A stretch of 64,000 nt of DNA from Eledone cirrhosa (Eukaryota), in contig OZ024741.1 in assembly GCA_964016885.1 (NCBI GenBank), positions 219,294,001 through 219,358,000 on the forward strand. Direction: 5' to 3'. The notes beneath the pieces were generated by a model. That model searched no databases. It was not told the origin of the DNA and saw only the letters and a list, made by a program, of their open reading frames with translations. This document shows positions 24,713 through 37,000 of this stretch, piece by piece. Numbering within the stretch: position 1 is the first letter of the stretch; the number at the start of each line of letters is the position of its first letter. Both the position numbers and the translations under genes were made by a program.

Positions 24713-25177
24713 TATTGGAAGATGATTCTATTAGTAGAGATGGGGGAGGGAGTTGTGTGTGTGTTATGTGTGTGTGTGTGCGAGTATGTTAAGATGGAGA
24801 GAATATATATTTTGTGTGTGTGTATATATATATGTGTGTAGGAAAGTGGTTCTATTAGTAGAAATGGGGAGGGAGTTGTAGGTGTGGGGGTTGTTATGTG
24901 TGTGTATGGGTGTTTTGTGTGTGGAGTATGGTTAGCATGTTAAGATGAAGAGAATATATATATATATATTGTGTGTGTGTGTATGTGTGTGTGTAGGAAA
25001 GTGATTCCTTTAGTAGGAATATTTTTGAATGAACATATTTTCCTTACTTTTTCGTGTTTGCTGTTGTATTGCCAGTGCAAACGTATGTTAAGGTTTATTT
25101 AGTTCGGGTTTTTATTTTCTAAAGTAGGTGTTATGTGTGTGTGTGTATGTCATATTGTGGTGTTGACATAATGTATA

Positions 25178-27448
25178 TTAAACCTTATTTAATGTTGGTC
25201 TATATTTTTGAATAAACATATTTTCCTTATTTATTCGCATTTGTTCTGTTGTATTGTTAGCGCAAAGGTAAAATGGGAAGACTTGGAATTTGGGTGTCTT
25301 ATTACTTGCGCAAATGTCTAGATGTGCACTTAGTGGTATCTGTCTCGTGGTTGGATCTCGTAATTGTTGGCGATGAACTGTCATTCTGTTTCTGAGTGTG
25401 AGTTTAGTTTGTCCTATATAATCTTCATTGCATCCTTTACATTTAATGGCATAAATTAGATTTTTTGATGAGCAAGTGAAGTGATTTTTTACAGTAAAAT
25501 TTTGTCCTGATTTAAATGTATACGTGTTGCCTTCAATGAGGTGAGTGCAGGTTCCACAATTAGAGCGACCACATTTTTTGATACTTGGTTGTGGGTTTGT
25601 GGTAGGTAATTTGGCATTGGTGAGTAATGTTTTCAGTGATTTTGGTTGTCTTTTGCTTTTGATTATTTTGTGTGTTTCAAGGGCTTTTTTCATTCTTGGC
25701 TTTTGTTTTAGTAGTGGGATGTTATTGTAAATAGTGTTGTAAGCTTCCGCATTTCTTGGGTTGTGTGTTGAGATATATGATAGAATATTGGACGTACCTT
25801 GAATTTGTTTCTGTTTCCGTAATTCATCAATGCCTATTGCTTTAGCCCTTTCTATTCCATTATTTATTAGTAATAGTGGGTACTCTCTCTCGAGTAGAAT
25901 TCCCTTTAATTCTTGAAGTCTTTTATTTCGCGTTTCATAATTGGAGACAATTGTGCAAATTCTTCTTGCTAGGTTAAAAGGAATGTTCGTCTTCGTGTGC
26001 TTTGGATGATTGGAGGTGAATAGCAGATATTGTTTGGAATCTGTTGGTTTGTAGTGTATGTCAGTTTCGATATTTGTGTCTTTTTTTATGATTAAGATGT
26101 CCAGAAATGGGAGTTGATCTTGGCTGTATTCCATTGTGAATTGGATGTGGTTATTGATGCCGTTTATTAAGTTTTTGAAATCCTTCAGTTGGTCGAGTGT
26201 GTGGGACCAAAGAATGAGGCAATCATCCAAGTAGCGTTTCCAATTCTCTGATAAATATTTGTGGAAGTTCAATCCGTATTTTGATTTGGACTGTTCACAT
26301 ATCTGGACTTCTAAGTATGCCATGACTAAGTTGGCATAAGTTGGAGCGGCTTTTGTACCCATCGCAGTCCCCGATATTTGCTTGTAAGTATTGCCATCGA
26401 AATCAAAAAAGTTGTTCTGTAGGATGAATTTTAATCCCTCGGTGATGAAGCTTTTTTCTATTCTGTCAGGTATCTCATTGGGATATTTCTCTAGCCAGAA
26501 TCCTATTGCTTCTAGTCCGTATTGGTGTGGGATCGTTGTGTAGAGATTCACTACATCGAAAGACACAATAATAGTGTCGTTGTTGACATGTTTGGGGAGG
26601 TGGTTTAAGAGGTCCAGATCGTCTCTTACAAGGCTTGGTATGTGTTTCAGTATTGGTTTCAGTAGTATGTCTATAAAGTTGCTCAATCTGTGTGTTTCAC
26701 ATTGTGGGCCCGCTACAATTGGTCTTAATTTAAGGTCTGTGGGGTATTGTGTGTTCACGCAGGCTGAGGTGGATTGTTTACAGGCATAGTTGATTATTTT
26801 ACATTTGTGGATCTTCGGAAGTCCGTAAAGGTTGCTGGTTTTGTATTTAAAATTTGTTAAATAATCGCGTTCCTTTTTAGTTAGGTCTTCCTGGTATCGA
26901 TAAATCAGTGTGTTTAATTTGGTCATTATTTTTGATTGCTGGTAGTTTTTTACTCTTTCATAGTAATTAGTATTTTGTAAGAGAGAGAACATAGAATTTT
27001 TATATTTTTCAGCCTCCATAATGACAACAGTACTTCCCTTGTCCGCTTCCTTAATTACAATGTCCGTATTGTTTTTTAGTTCATGGATAATCTCCCATTC
27101 CCTTCGACTTGTGTTGGGTTTGGGTTTAGGTTGCGGTAGTTCATGGTATGGGAAGGTAGCTATGTGGTCACAAAATTTGTCCAGAACTCTGTTTCTACCT
27201 TTTGTTGGGTTGTAGCTGCTTTTATTCCGTACAATTGATTCGTCGTTATTCTCCTTGTCAAAGAATTCCTCTGTGAGACGTAATTTTCTACAGAAGTGTG
27301 AGATATCGTCATTTATCTCGTTGGGGTTAGGGTATTGTGGTGTTGGTGTGAATTTCAGACCTTTGGAGAGAATTTTTACTTGTTGGGCTGAGAGGTTTGT
27401 ATTTGAAATGTTAATTATTTTCGGTTTTTCAAAATCGGTTTGTGCCAC
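25178..27448 (-). CDS. Neptune-type RT + GIY-YIG, intact (element B); called start is GTG
   Basis: YGLPKIHK, SFDVVNLYT, GTAMGT, RYLDD, CGRSNCGTC, LIYAIKC..C..DYIGQT. Confidence 0.95.
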   Translation of the reverse strand: MAQTDFEKPKIINISNTNLSAQQVKILSKGLKFTPTPQYPNPNEINDDISHFCRKLRLTEEFFDKENNDESIVRNKSSYNPTKGRNRVLDKFCDHIATFPYHELPQPKPKPNTSRREWEIIHELKNNTDIVIKEADKGSTVVIMEAEKYKNSMFSLLQNTNYYERVKNYQQSKIMTKLNTLIYRYQEDLTKKERDYLTNFKYKTSNLYGLPKIHKCKIINYACKQSTSACVNTQYPTDLKLRPIVAGPQCETHRLSNFIDILLKPILKHIPSLVRDDLDLLNHLPKHVNNDTIIVSFDVVNLYTTIPHQYGLEAIGFWLEKYPNEIPDRIEKSFITEGLKFILQNNFFDFDGNTYKQISGTAMGTKAAPTYANLVMAYLEVQICEQSKSKYGLNFHKYLSENWKRYLDDCLILWSHTLDQLKDFKNLINGINNHIQFTMEYSQDQLPFLDILIIKKDTNIETDIHYKPTDSKQYLLFTSNHPKHTKTNIPFNLARRICTIVSNYETRNKRLQELKGILLEREYPLLLINNGIERAKAIGIDELRKQKQIQGTSNILSYISTHNPRNAEAYNTIYNNIPLLKQKPRMKKALETHKIIKSKRQPKSLKTLLTNAKLPTTNPQPSIKKCGRSNCGTCTHLIEGNTYTFKSGQNFTVKNHFTCSSKNLIYAIKCKGCNEDYIGQTKLTLRNRMTVHRQQLRDPTTRQIPLSAHLDICASNKTPKFQVFPFYLCANNTTEQMRINKENMFIQKYRPTLNKV

Positions 27449-28554
27449 CGGGTGTCGTGAGTCCTGTAGCCTTGGTCTAAAAAATGATTTTTCTGGAATG
27501 TTTTTTCAATGGTATTATTATATCTAATGGTATTTCCCCTGTTGTTGTGTGGTCTTGTATAGGAGTTTCGGACGTATTGAGGTTCGGTTTGTTGATAGTC
27601 CGGGTTGTAGATTTGGTTCCTTTGTGTGGGTTGGGATCTACGGTTTTGGAACAGGCTCTGTGTGGGCAGGGGTCTACGGTTTTGGAATAGGTTTTGTGTG
27701 GGTTGTGATCTGCGGATCAGGTCCTGCCTTGTGTTCGGGGATCTTTGGTTTTTGTTAGTAGGGTTATAGTTTTGTCTATGGTTTCTGGGATTATCGTTAT
27801 AGTTTTGCTGGGGGTATGTTGGACGTTTTGTTACTTTTTTTGTTATTTGTTGTGCATGTGGTGTGTGAGTTTTAGTTTGTTTTAAAAATGGGTTACCTGT
27901 ATGTTGTTCATTTTTGAAGTCCATTTCGTAGTTGTTGAACCAGGTGGCCTTTTTCTCCCATCGCTGGAGGGATGTTAGTTCTTCATCCTCACAGTTTTTT
28001 TTCCAAAGTTTTAGGGTTTTTTTGTAGAGTAGGCCTTCAGAGTGCTTTGAGATTTCTGTGTCCATCTGTTGGTCGAGTGACTTGAATTTTTCTTCGTTGG
28101 AGTTGGCTCTTAATCGCAACAGTTCTATTTCTGTTTTAAATTTTTCCAATGCCATCTTTTCCCTAAGTCTTTGTTGGTTTTCTGGTTCATTCGGGATGGG
28201 TTTTATTTGGAGTTTTTTGGGGAGGATGATTGGGGTAGAGTTTAGCCACTTTTCATATATGTCTGCCTTGCCATTATTTTTTAGGAGATTCCAAAGGGCG
28301 AATTTGTGGGCTGTGAGCTTTTGAGTCCATATGTTGATTAGGGTGTTTTTCACTGAGTGGACATCTCGTAGATTGGGTTCTAACGGTTGTTCAAGCTTTT
28401 GGAGCATTGCTGTTTCAATGGTTTCGATTAGCTTAGTTAATACTGGAGTAATATTCGTCTCTTGGGTATTTTCTGTTTCTTCGTGGGGTCCTTTTTTATA
28501 GATGTGTATTTGGTCCACTTTGTTGGTCAAAATTGAGAGTTTAGAGGAAATCAT
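27415..28554 (-). CDS. ORF1 of element B: helical/coiled-coil-like domain plus basic Q/N/R-rich tail
   Basis: 379-aa open frame; KA.IYEKWLNS.P and MALEK.KTEIELL.LRA..NEEK are shared with element C fragments. Confidence 0.85.
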   Translation of the reverse strand: MISSKLSILTNKVDQIHIYKKGPHEETENTQETNITPVLTKLIETIETAMLQKLEQPLEPNLRDVHSVKNTLINIWTQKLTAHKFALWNLLKNNGKADIYEKWLNSTPIILPKKLQIKPIPNEPENQQRLREKMALEKFKTEIELLRLRANSNEEKFKSLDQQMDTEISKHSEGLLYKKTLKLWKKNCEDEELTSLQRWEKKATWFNNYEMDFKNEQHTGNPFLKQTKTHTPHAQQITKKVTKRPTYPQQNYNDNPRNHRQNYNPTNKNQRSPNTRQDLIRRSQPTQNLFQNRRPLPTQSLFQNRRSQPTQRNQIYNPDYQQTEPQYVRNSYTRPHNNRGNTIRYNNTIEKTFQKNHFLDQGYRTHDTRWHKPILKNRK

Positions 28555-28556
28555 AA

Positions 28557-28623
28557 CTCGTGTGTTACACCTCTATTCTTTTAAATATATATATATATAT
28601 ATATGAACATATATATATATATG

Positions 28624-28697
<74 letters not shown>

Positions 28698-28764
28698 CAT
28701 ATATATATATATGTTCATATATATATATATATATATTTAAAAGAATAGAGGTGTAACACACGAG
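28557..28764. repeat. Palindrome made of element-C terminus copies around (TA)n
   Basis: CTCGTGTGTTACACCTCTATTCTTTTAAAT on both arms; the same sequence occurs at 30920 and 35263. Confidence 0.9.
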
Positions 28765-28765
28765 A

Positions 28766-30080
28766 AGCGCTCATATATTCACCTAGCTTATGCTAACAGA
28801 ATAACTATGAAGCTTGTTCCCTTCCTTCTACGGTTAGCTATCCTCTTTGTTGTTATCTTGTTTCACTCGCTTTACGCGTTTTAATTGTCCTAATAACTTA
28901 ATTTAGTTATTATTGCACCGACGTGAGGTATATGATTTTTAATGCAATGAAATATCTATGATCGTCGGCAAATCACTGATGAGGGACTTATTTTATTACA
29001 TGTTATCCATGTGCAACCAGCAGTATTCTTCTCCCCATTTTTTCACATATATTTACCCAAACTGCGATTCTGTTTTTTTTCTCTCTCTCTCTCTTACTGC
29101 TCCCTCGCTCTCTCTGTTTCTCCTACTTTCTTTCGCCCCCTCTGTCATGTCAGTTAACTCTTCCTCACACTTCCACTCACTCACTCACTGTTTCTCCTCT
29201 TCTCACTTCACCCCGTTCGCGACGAAATCATTTTCTCTCTTTCTCACATTTGAATTCGCTCCTGAAAGGTCTTTTTTCTAAGCGCTCATATATTCACCTA
29301 GCTTATGCTAACAGAATAACTATGAAGCTTGTTCCCTTCCTTCTACGGTTAGCTATCCTCTTTGTTGTTATCTTGTTTCACTCGCTTTACGCGTTTTAAT
29401 TGTCCTAATAACTTAATTTAGTTATTATTGCACCGACGTGAGGTATATGATTTTTAATGCAATGAAATATCTATGATCGTCGGCAAATCACTGATGAGGG
29501 ACTTATTTTATTACATGTTATCCATGTGCAACCAGCAGTATTCTTCTCCCCATTTTTTCACATATATTTACCCAAACTGCGATTCTGTTTTTTTTTCTCT
29601 CTCTCTCTCTCTTACTGCTCCCTCGCTCTCTCTGTTTCTCCTACTTTCTTTCGCCCCCTCTGTCATGTCAGTTAACTCTTCCTCACACTTCCACTCACTC
29701 ACTCACTGTTTCTCCTCTTCTCACTTCACCCCGTTCGCGACGAAATCATTTTCTCTCTTTCTCACATTTGAATTCGCTCCTGAAAGGTCTTTTTTCTAAG
29801 CGCTCATATATTCACCTAGCTTATGCTAACAGAATAACTATGAAGCTTGTTCCCTTCCTTCTACGGTTAGCTATCCTCTTTGTTGTTATCTTGTTTCACT
29901 CGCTTTACGCGTTTTAATTGTCCTAATAACTTAATTTAGTTATTATTGCACCGACGTGAGGTATATGATTTTTAATGCAATGAAATATCTATGATCGTCG
30001 GCAAATCACTGATGAGGGACTTATTTTATTACATGTTATCCATGTGCAACAGCAGTATTCTTCTCCCCATTTTTTCACAT
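28766..30080 (+). repeat. 515/518-bp tandem repeat (~2.5 units)
   Basis: Units start at 28766, 29281 and 29799 and are nearly identical; each has CTGATGAGGGA...TCC..GCAAC(C)AGCAGTA, a degenerate hammerhead-like motif. Confidence 0.9.
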
Positions 30081-30919
30081 ATATATATATATATATATTC
30101 TGTCGTCTAAGGCCATTAACTTGCAGACCCCTGCAAGCGGAATTAGTCGATCTCAGATTTTAGAAACCTACCGTGGATGTTGTATGTTGTATGTGATGTA
30201 TATCGTATGCTATACGATATGCAATATGTATTGCATTCGGTCTCCGCGTGATGGTCCAGGTCAGTCAAAAATCTTTTCCTGAGTCCAGTCTTTTTCGTTG
30301 CTATGGCAATGCGGCTGGACTGCCGATCGCTATATTTGATTTGCAAAGCTGTCTAAACGTATTGTTATTACTCTGGGGTATTATTCTCCATCGAGTGCTA
30401 AAGTTACATTCCGAATTTGCATTCGTTAGCTTAGCCGCAGCCTAAAGCTTCGTTAATGCTGTACTAAAATTTGAATATATATATATATGCAATCAACAGT
30501 TAGGATACCATTGTTGTCTACTATTGTTTTGTGAAGAAATGTCACAGTTCATAGTTATGTAGACCATTCTTTAGGCCATTCAGGGACACAAATAATGAGA
30601 CATTCTTCAATGCTGACATTTTGCTGACATATCCATAAAACATTAAAACCTTCTTCATTCTATTATTGTTATTATTATTATCATTTTTTTTTTGGCTAAA
30701 TTAGGTTTTCTGCTAGAATGAAGAAACATTTTCCTGAGTTCCTGGATGGTCTGAAGATAATGATCATCTGTAACTATGACAACGCTTCAAATAATTTATA
30801 GCTGATACCAATTGTAATCTAATAGTTGACTCTACTTCTTTGTCTGATATTGAGGTCTCTTCTTATATATATTATACTTATACCTGCCACATGTATACAC
30901 ACACATATATATATATATA

Positions 30920-31051
30920 TTTAAAAGAATAGAGGTGTAACAGACAAGTTATGATATATTGGTAAAAGGAAAAGAAAATGCTGACAAATTGTTCCCAGTG
31001 AAAAATAGTTTAATTTTGAGAAGTCACTGAAAAAAAAGTATTTTAAGACAA

Positions 31052-31089
<38 letters not shown>

Positions 31090-34000
31090 TAGTAGTAGTA
31101 AAGAGGTTCATTGTTGTGATGTGTGTTGTAATTGCAGTCATGTGTGACAGGTCAACAGTTCAGGTGCCTATTAAGACAAGTGTGTGTGTGTGTGTATATG
31201 TGTGTATGTGTGTGTGTGTGTGGGTGGACCAGTATTTTTGTGATACTGGTAAAATGGTGTACATTTTTCGATATTTTCAGTAAAAACGATTCTCTCAATA
31301 GAACATCAAAAACCTTAATAATAAAGGGTGTGAAATGATATATAGTATTGTCATAACACCAAGGTGTGTGTGAGTGTCCAGATTGTACGTACTGCAAGGG
31401 GAATCCATTAGGCCCTGCCGTATTGGAATACTTGTGTACAAATATGTATGTGCCCATCAGTGTGCAATGCATGTGTGCGTATATGTATGTGTGTGTGTCG
31501 GCACGTTTATATCTATAGACATCAAAAGGTATGCAACTTTGTGTATATTTGTGTTGCACCATAGAACATGTGTGTTTACGTATGTCATTGTGTGTATATG
31601 TGGATAGAGATGTATGTAGGATGTATGCTGATGTAGGTATTATGTTGACGTGTGTATGTTGTGGGTTCGTCTTAGGGAGAAGTGTTTAGACGGGGTCCGT
31701 ATTTGTTAATAAAGTGAGATTCCTTGCTGATGCGCTGGGTGTGGGTGGCATTATCTTTAAATTTGTAGAGGGGAAAGATTCTGAAGTTGGGATGATTTGG
31801 GGCGGCACAGGTATCAATGTGTTCACTCAGTGGTATTTTCCTGTATTCCCGTATTTTAATTTGGGATCTATGCACAATCATACGTTGGCGGAGGCTGGTT
31901 TTTGGTCTGGCCTATGTATTGTTCTCGACAACCTGAGCAAGTTAATACATATATTAGATTTTCTGATGCGCATGTGAAATTGTGTTTTACTATAAAACGT
32001 TGTCCTTCTTTGAAATAGAATTCCGAACCCTCTATTAGGTTGATGCATATGCCACAGTTGGGTCTATCGCATTTTTTTTACTGTGGGTTTCGTTGTTGTG
32101 GTTGGCAGTACTTTGGCATGTGTTAGGATGTTTTTCATTGACTTAGATTGTCTTTTGCTCTTTATGATATCGTGTATTCGTAAGATTTGGTTCATTCTAT
32201 GGTCCTTTTTTAACACAGGGATGTTCTGGAGGATGGTGTCAAAGGCCTCATTGTTGAGAGGGGTGTGTGTGGAGATGTATGAAGAGCTTTTAGTTTCGGT
32301 TGATTTACTTTAGGGTGTCTAAGGTCCTGGGTACTGAGTTTTAGGGCACGTTGGATTCCATTGTCAATTAGTGATGCAGGGTAGTCCCTGCCTATGAGTG
32401 TGTCCTTTAGTTCTTGTAACCGTAAGTAACAGGTGTTTTTATTGGAGACTATAGTACAGATTCTCTTGGCTAAGTTGTAGGGAATATTAATTTTAACGTG
32501 TCTAGGGTGGCAAAAGTTGAAAGGAAGATATTGCTTGGAGTCTGTGGGCTTGTAGTATATGTCTGTTTCTATTTTTTTGTTATGAATCTTAATGAGGATG
32601 TCGAGGAAGGGGAGTTGTTGATGGCTGTATTCCATCGTAAAGTTAATATTCGTGTTGAGCCCATTTATAAGGGTGTGAAATTCTTTAAGTTTCTCGATGT
32701 TTTCGTGCCAAAGGATGAAGCAGTCATCTAGATATCGCTTCCAGTTCCTTTCTATGAGTAAGTGGAGAGTGTTTCCAAATTTGTTTAGTGTAGAGTGTGA
32801 TTTCCAGGTATCCCATGACTAGGTTGGCATAAGTGGGGGCTGTTTTCGTTCCCATAGCGGTCCCAGATTTCTGCCTGTAGGATTTGTTATTGAAAACGAA
32901 GTAATTGTTCTCCAAGATAAATTTGAGTCCCTCTATCACGAATTCTTTTTTGATGCGTTGTGGGAGTTCATCGTGGTAATTATCCAGCCAGAATTGGATA
33001 GCTTCTATTCCTAGGTTGTGGGGGATGTTGGAGTATAGGTTGACTACATCGAACGTCACTAGTAGGGTTTGTTCAGAAAGGGGCATATTAGGGAGGTGAT
33101 TGAACATATCTAGGTCGTCCCTTATATAGCTTTTGATGTGTTTGAGAAAAGGCTTGAGAAGGGTATCAATGAAGTTGCTAAGGCGGTGGGTTTCGCAAGC
33201 GGGGCCTGCTATTATAGGTCTTAATTTGAGATCATTGATGACTATGTCTGTGGCTTCCTTGCATGCCTTACTTATTAATTCGCTTTTATGTACTTTAGGG
33301 ATACCGTAGAAAAAGCTGGATTTAATTGTGAAGTCTGTGATGAAGCTGAATTCCTTGTTAGTGAGTCCTTCTTTGTATTGGTTGATCAGAGTTTTTAGGT
33401 TTCTCATAATTTTCTGTTGATTGTAGTGTTCAACCTTTTCGTAAGTGGAGAGCGCTAAGTTGATATAGAATTCTGTCTCCATTAGGACTACTGTACTCCC
33501 TTTATCAGCCTCTTTAATTGTAATGGTTCTGTCGGTTTTTAATCTATTTAATTCTTCCCATTCTTTCTTGTTGAAGTTTGGCTTGTGTTTTTGTCTGTGC
33601 AAGTGTTGGTAAGGGAAGTTTGTGATGTGTTCACAGAATTCGTCCAGGATTTTATTTCTACCTTTTGATGGGGTGTAGTTGCTTCTATTTCTGGCTAATG
33701 ATTCATCCTCATTGTACTGGTTGAATAGTTCTTCACTGAGTCGTAACTTTCTACAGAAGTCTGTAATGTCTTCCTTCATTTTATAGTAGTTAGGACGTAG
33801 TGGGGTCGGTGTTAATTTAAGACCTTTGGAGAGTAAGTTGATAAGGTTTGGTGTTGGTTCTGGACTAGTTAGATTGATAATTTTTATTACTCTCGGTTTC
33901 TCCTCCCTGTCTTGTGTTATTTTGTTTGCCTGTATCTGTGTGCTGTGTCTAAAAAATGGTTGGGGTAGAGAGGTTGTCTGCTGATGTTAAGTGGTCTCCT

Positions 34001-37000
34001 GTGTTTGTTATATTCCTTGTTGTTGTAAGATGTGGTTCGGGTTCGTGGTTGTAGATTGAATGGGGTGTTCCTGTATTGCGAGTATGGATGTGTGTTTCTA
34101 TGTGCCATGTTGGATTGTGGTGTTATAGGTGGCCTACGTTGTTGGTTGTATCGTGTGGTGTGGGTTTGTTGTGTATTGTGGAAGCGAGAGTTGAGAAAAT
34201 GGAAATTACCTTGCTGTCCCTTGAAGCGGGGAAGTTGTTACATCTATCGTGGTGGTGGTATCTTTTCCCTACGTTTGACGATGTGGCATCCGCGTAGTAG
34301 TTGAGTGATTTGGTATGGTGTCTCCTTGAAGGGGGAAAGTTGTAAATGTCATTCTGGGGGTGATGATTTCTAGGGTTTTTGTTCCTTCTTATGGTAGCGA
34401 GGTTGGGAAGTTCATCTTCGGTGTGGTGCTTCCTTCTTCTTTTGTTAGTGGCGGGGGGGGGGGGGTTGCGAAGTTGTTGTGCGGTTCGGTTATGGGTTTT
34501 CCTATTTTTATGAACGGGTTATTGGAGGTGTAATCCGTTTGAAAAGTCGATTCACAGTTTAGGAACCAAGCGGCTCTTTTTTTTCCCAGCGTTGAACGGA
34601 TTTCAGTTCTTCTCTGTTGCAGTCCCCTTTCCATAATTTTGAGATCTTCTCTACCTTGGGGCCTTCAGTCTTATTGTTGATTTCCAGGAGGATCTCTTCA
34701 TCGATGGTTTCGATTTTTTCCTCATTTGTCTGGGCCCTCAATTTAAGAAGTTCAATTTCTGTCTTCATTTTTTCCAATGCCATTCTTTCCCTAAGGTGTC
34801 TTTGAGGTTCAGGTTCATTTGGAATGGACTTTATTTGTATTTTACGGGGGTTGAGTTAGAGGGGTTGAGTTAAGCCATTTTTCATATATCTCCGCTTTGT
34901 TGTGATTTTGTATCATCTTCCAGAATGAGAACTTTCTGTCTCTGAGGGATTTGTTCCATTTTGGAATTGTTCGAATTTTCATTTTGTATGAATCAATCTC
35001 ACATGGTTCTTCGTTGGTTTTTCCTGGGTTGGTAGTAGTGAACATAGTTTGGATAGTATAGCAAAGGTTTTGAAGTTTATCGCCGATTTCGGAGGGTTTG
35101 TATCCGGTGACGGTTTCCTCATTTGTGGAGTCAAGTTTGTCGACCAGCACAGATAGGTTGGTGTTAATTTTCTTGAGCTCCTGTAGAATCTCTTCATTTG
35201 TGTTGATAAGAGTTGTATCTGTTTTTGTTGGCATTTTCTGTATCTCGTGTGAGGATATGATATTTAAAAGAATAGAGGTGTAACACACGAGTTATGATAT
35301 ATTGGTAAAAGGAAAAGAAAATGCTGACAAATTGTTCCCAGTGAAAAATAGTTTAATTAGGAATAAGTAAAAATAAGTAATAAGTATTGGTTAGTATTCA
35401 GTTTTGGTTTTAAGTTTTTACCGGATGCGCATTTCTAATGCTTTTCAAAAATAATTTTGAGATAGAGCGCCCGTGATGTTTGCTCTAATCTGATTAGTTT
35501 TGGAAATTCTACCTGTTTTATGTGAAAAAAGTGGCTCCAGATGTATTAAAATAAGTTTCGCGCCAATTCGTGTTACAAAACAAATTCTTGTGGTCAAAAC
35601 AATTTTGATTGGTCGGTAGAGGTCATGTGAATGTTAAAAATTGATTTTGCGCCAAATGTAGGTTTGTCTCGGCTGATTGAGAAGTCACTGAAAAATAAGT
35701 CTTTTAAGACAAATATGTGTGTGTGTGTGTGTAGTAGTAAAGAGGTTCATTGTTGTGATAATAGTCATAGGCAGGGACTACCCTGCATCACTAATTGACA
35801 ATGGAATCCAACGTGCCCTAAAACTCAGTACCCAGGACCTTAGACACCCTAAAGTAAATCAACCGAAACTAAAAGCTCTTGCATACATATCCACACACAA
35901 CCCTCTCAACAATGAGGCCTTTGACACCATCCTCCAGAACATCCCTGTGTTAAAAAAGGACCATAGAATGAACCAAATCCTACGAATACACGATATCATA
36001 AAGAGCAAAAGACAATCTAAGTCAATGAAAAACATCCTAACACATGCCAAAGTACTGCCAACCACAACAACGAAACCCACAGTAAAAAAATGCGATAGAC
36101 CCAACTGTGGCATATGCATCAACCTAATAGAGGGTTCGGAATTCTATTTCAAAGAAGGACAACGTTTTATAGTAAAACACAATTCCACATGCGCATCAGA
36201 AAATCTAATATATGTATTAACTTGCTCAGGTTGTCGAGAACAATACATAGGCCAGACCAAAAACCGGCCTCTGCCAACGCATGATTGTGCATAGATCCCA
36301 AATTAAAATACGGCAATACGGGAAAATACCACTGAGTGAACACATTGATACCTGTGCCGCCCAAAATCATCCCAACTTCAGAATCTTTCCCCTCAACAAA
36401 TTTAAAGATAATGCCACCCACACCCAGCGCATCAGCAAGGAATCTCACTTTATTAACAAATACGGACCCCGTCTAAACACTTCTCCCTAAGACGAACCCA
36501 CAACATACACACGTCAACATACATACCTACATCAGCATACATCCTACATACATCTCTATCCACATATACACACAATGACATACGTAAACATACATGTTCT
36601 ATGGTGCAACACAAATATACACAAATTTGCATACCTTTTGATGTCTATATATATAAACGTGCCGACACACACACATACATATACGCACACATGCATTGCA
36701 CACTGATGGGCACATACATATTTGTACACAAGTATTCCAATACGGCAGGGCCTAATGGATTCCCCTTGCAGTACGTACAATCTGGACACACTCACACCTT
36801 GGTGTTATTGCAATACTATATATCATTTCACACCTTTTATTATTAAGGTTTTTGATGTTCTATTGAGAGAATCGTTTTTACTGAAAATATCGAATAATGT
36901 ACACCATTTTTACCAGTATCACAAAAATACTGGTCCACCCACACACACATACACACACACATACACACATACACACACACACACATATATACACACACAC

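Larger units (their letters stand above)
24025..28548 (-). mobile_element. Neptune-type Penelope-like element B (ORF1 + RT/GIY-YIG + ~1.15-kb 3' UTR ending in (TA)n)
   Basis: Two overlapping ORFs; hammerhead near the 3' end; (CA)n-rich UTR. Confidence 0.9.

Noticed and set aside
28958-29799. Duplicated 107/108-aa ORF
   Set aside because: S/F/L-rich translation of pyrimidine-rich tandem-repeat DNA; no recognisable domain
30745-30785. CTGAAGA followed by a short hairpin
   Set aside because: No GAAA..UH and no stem I
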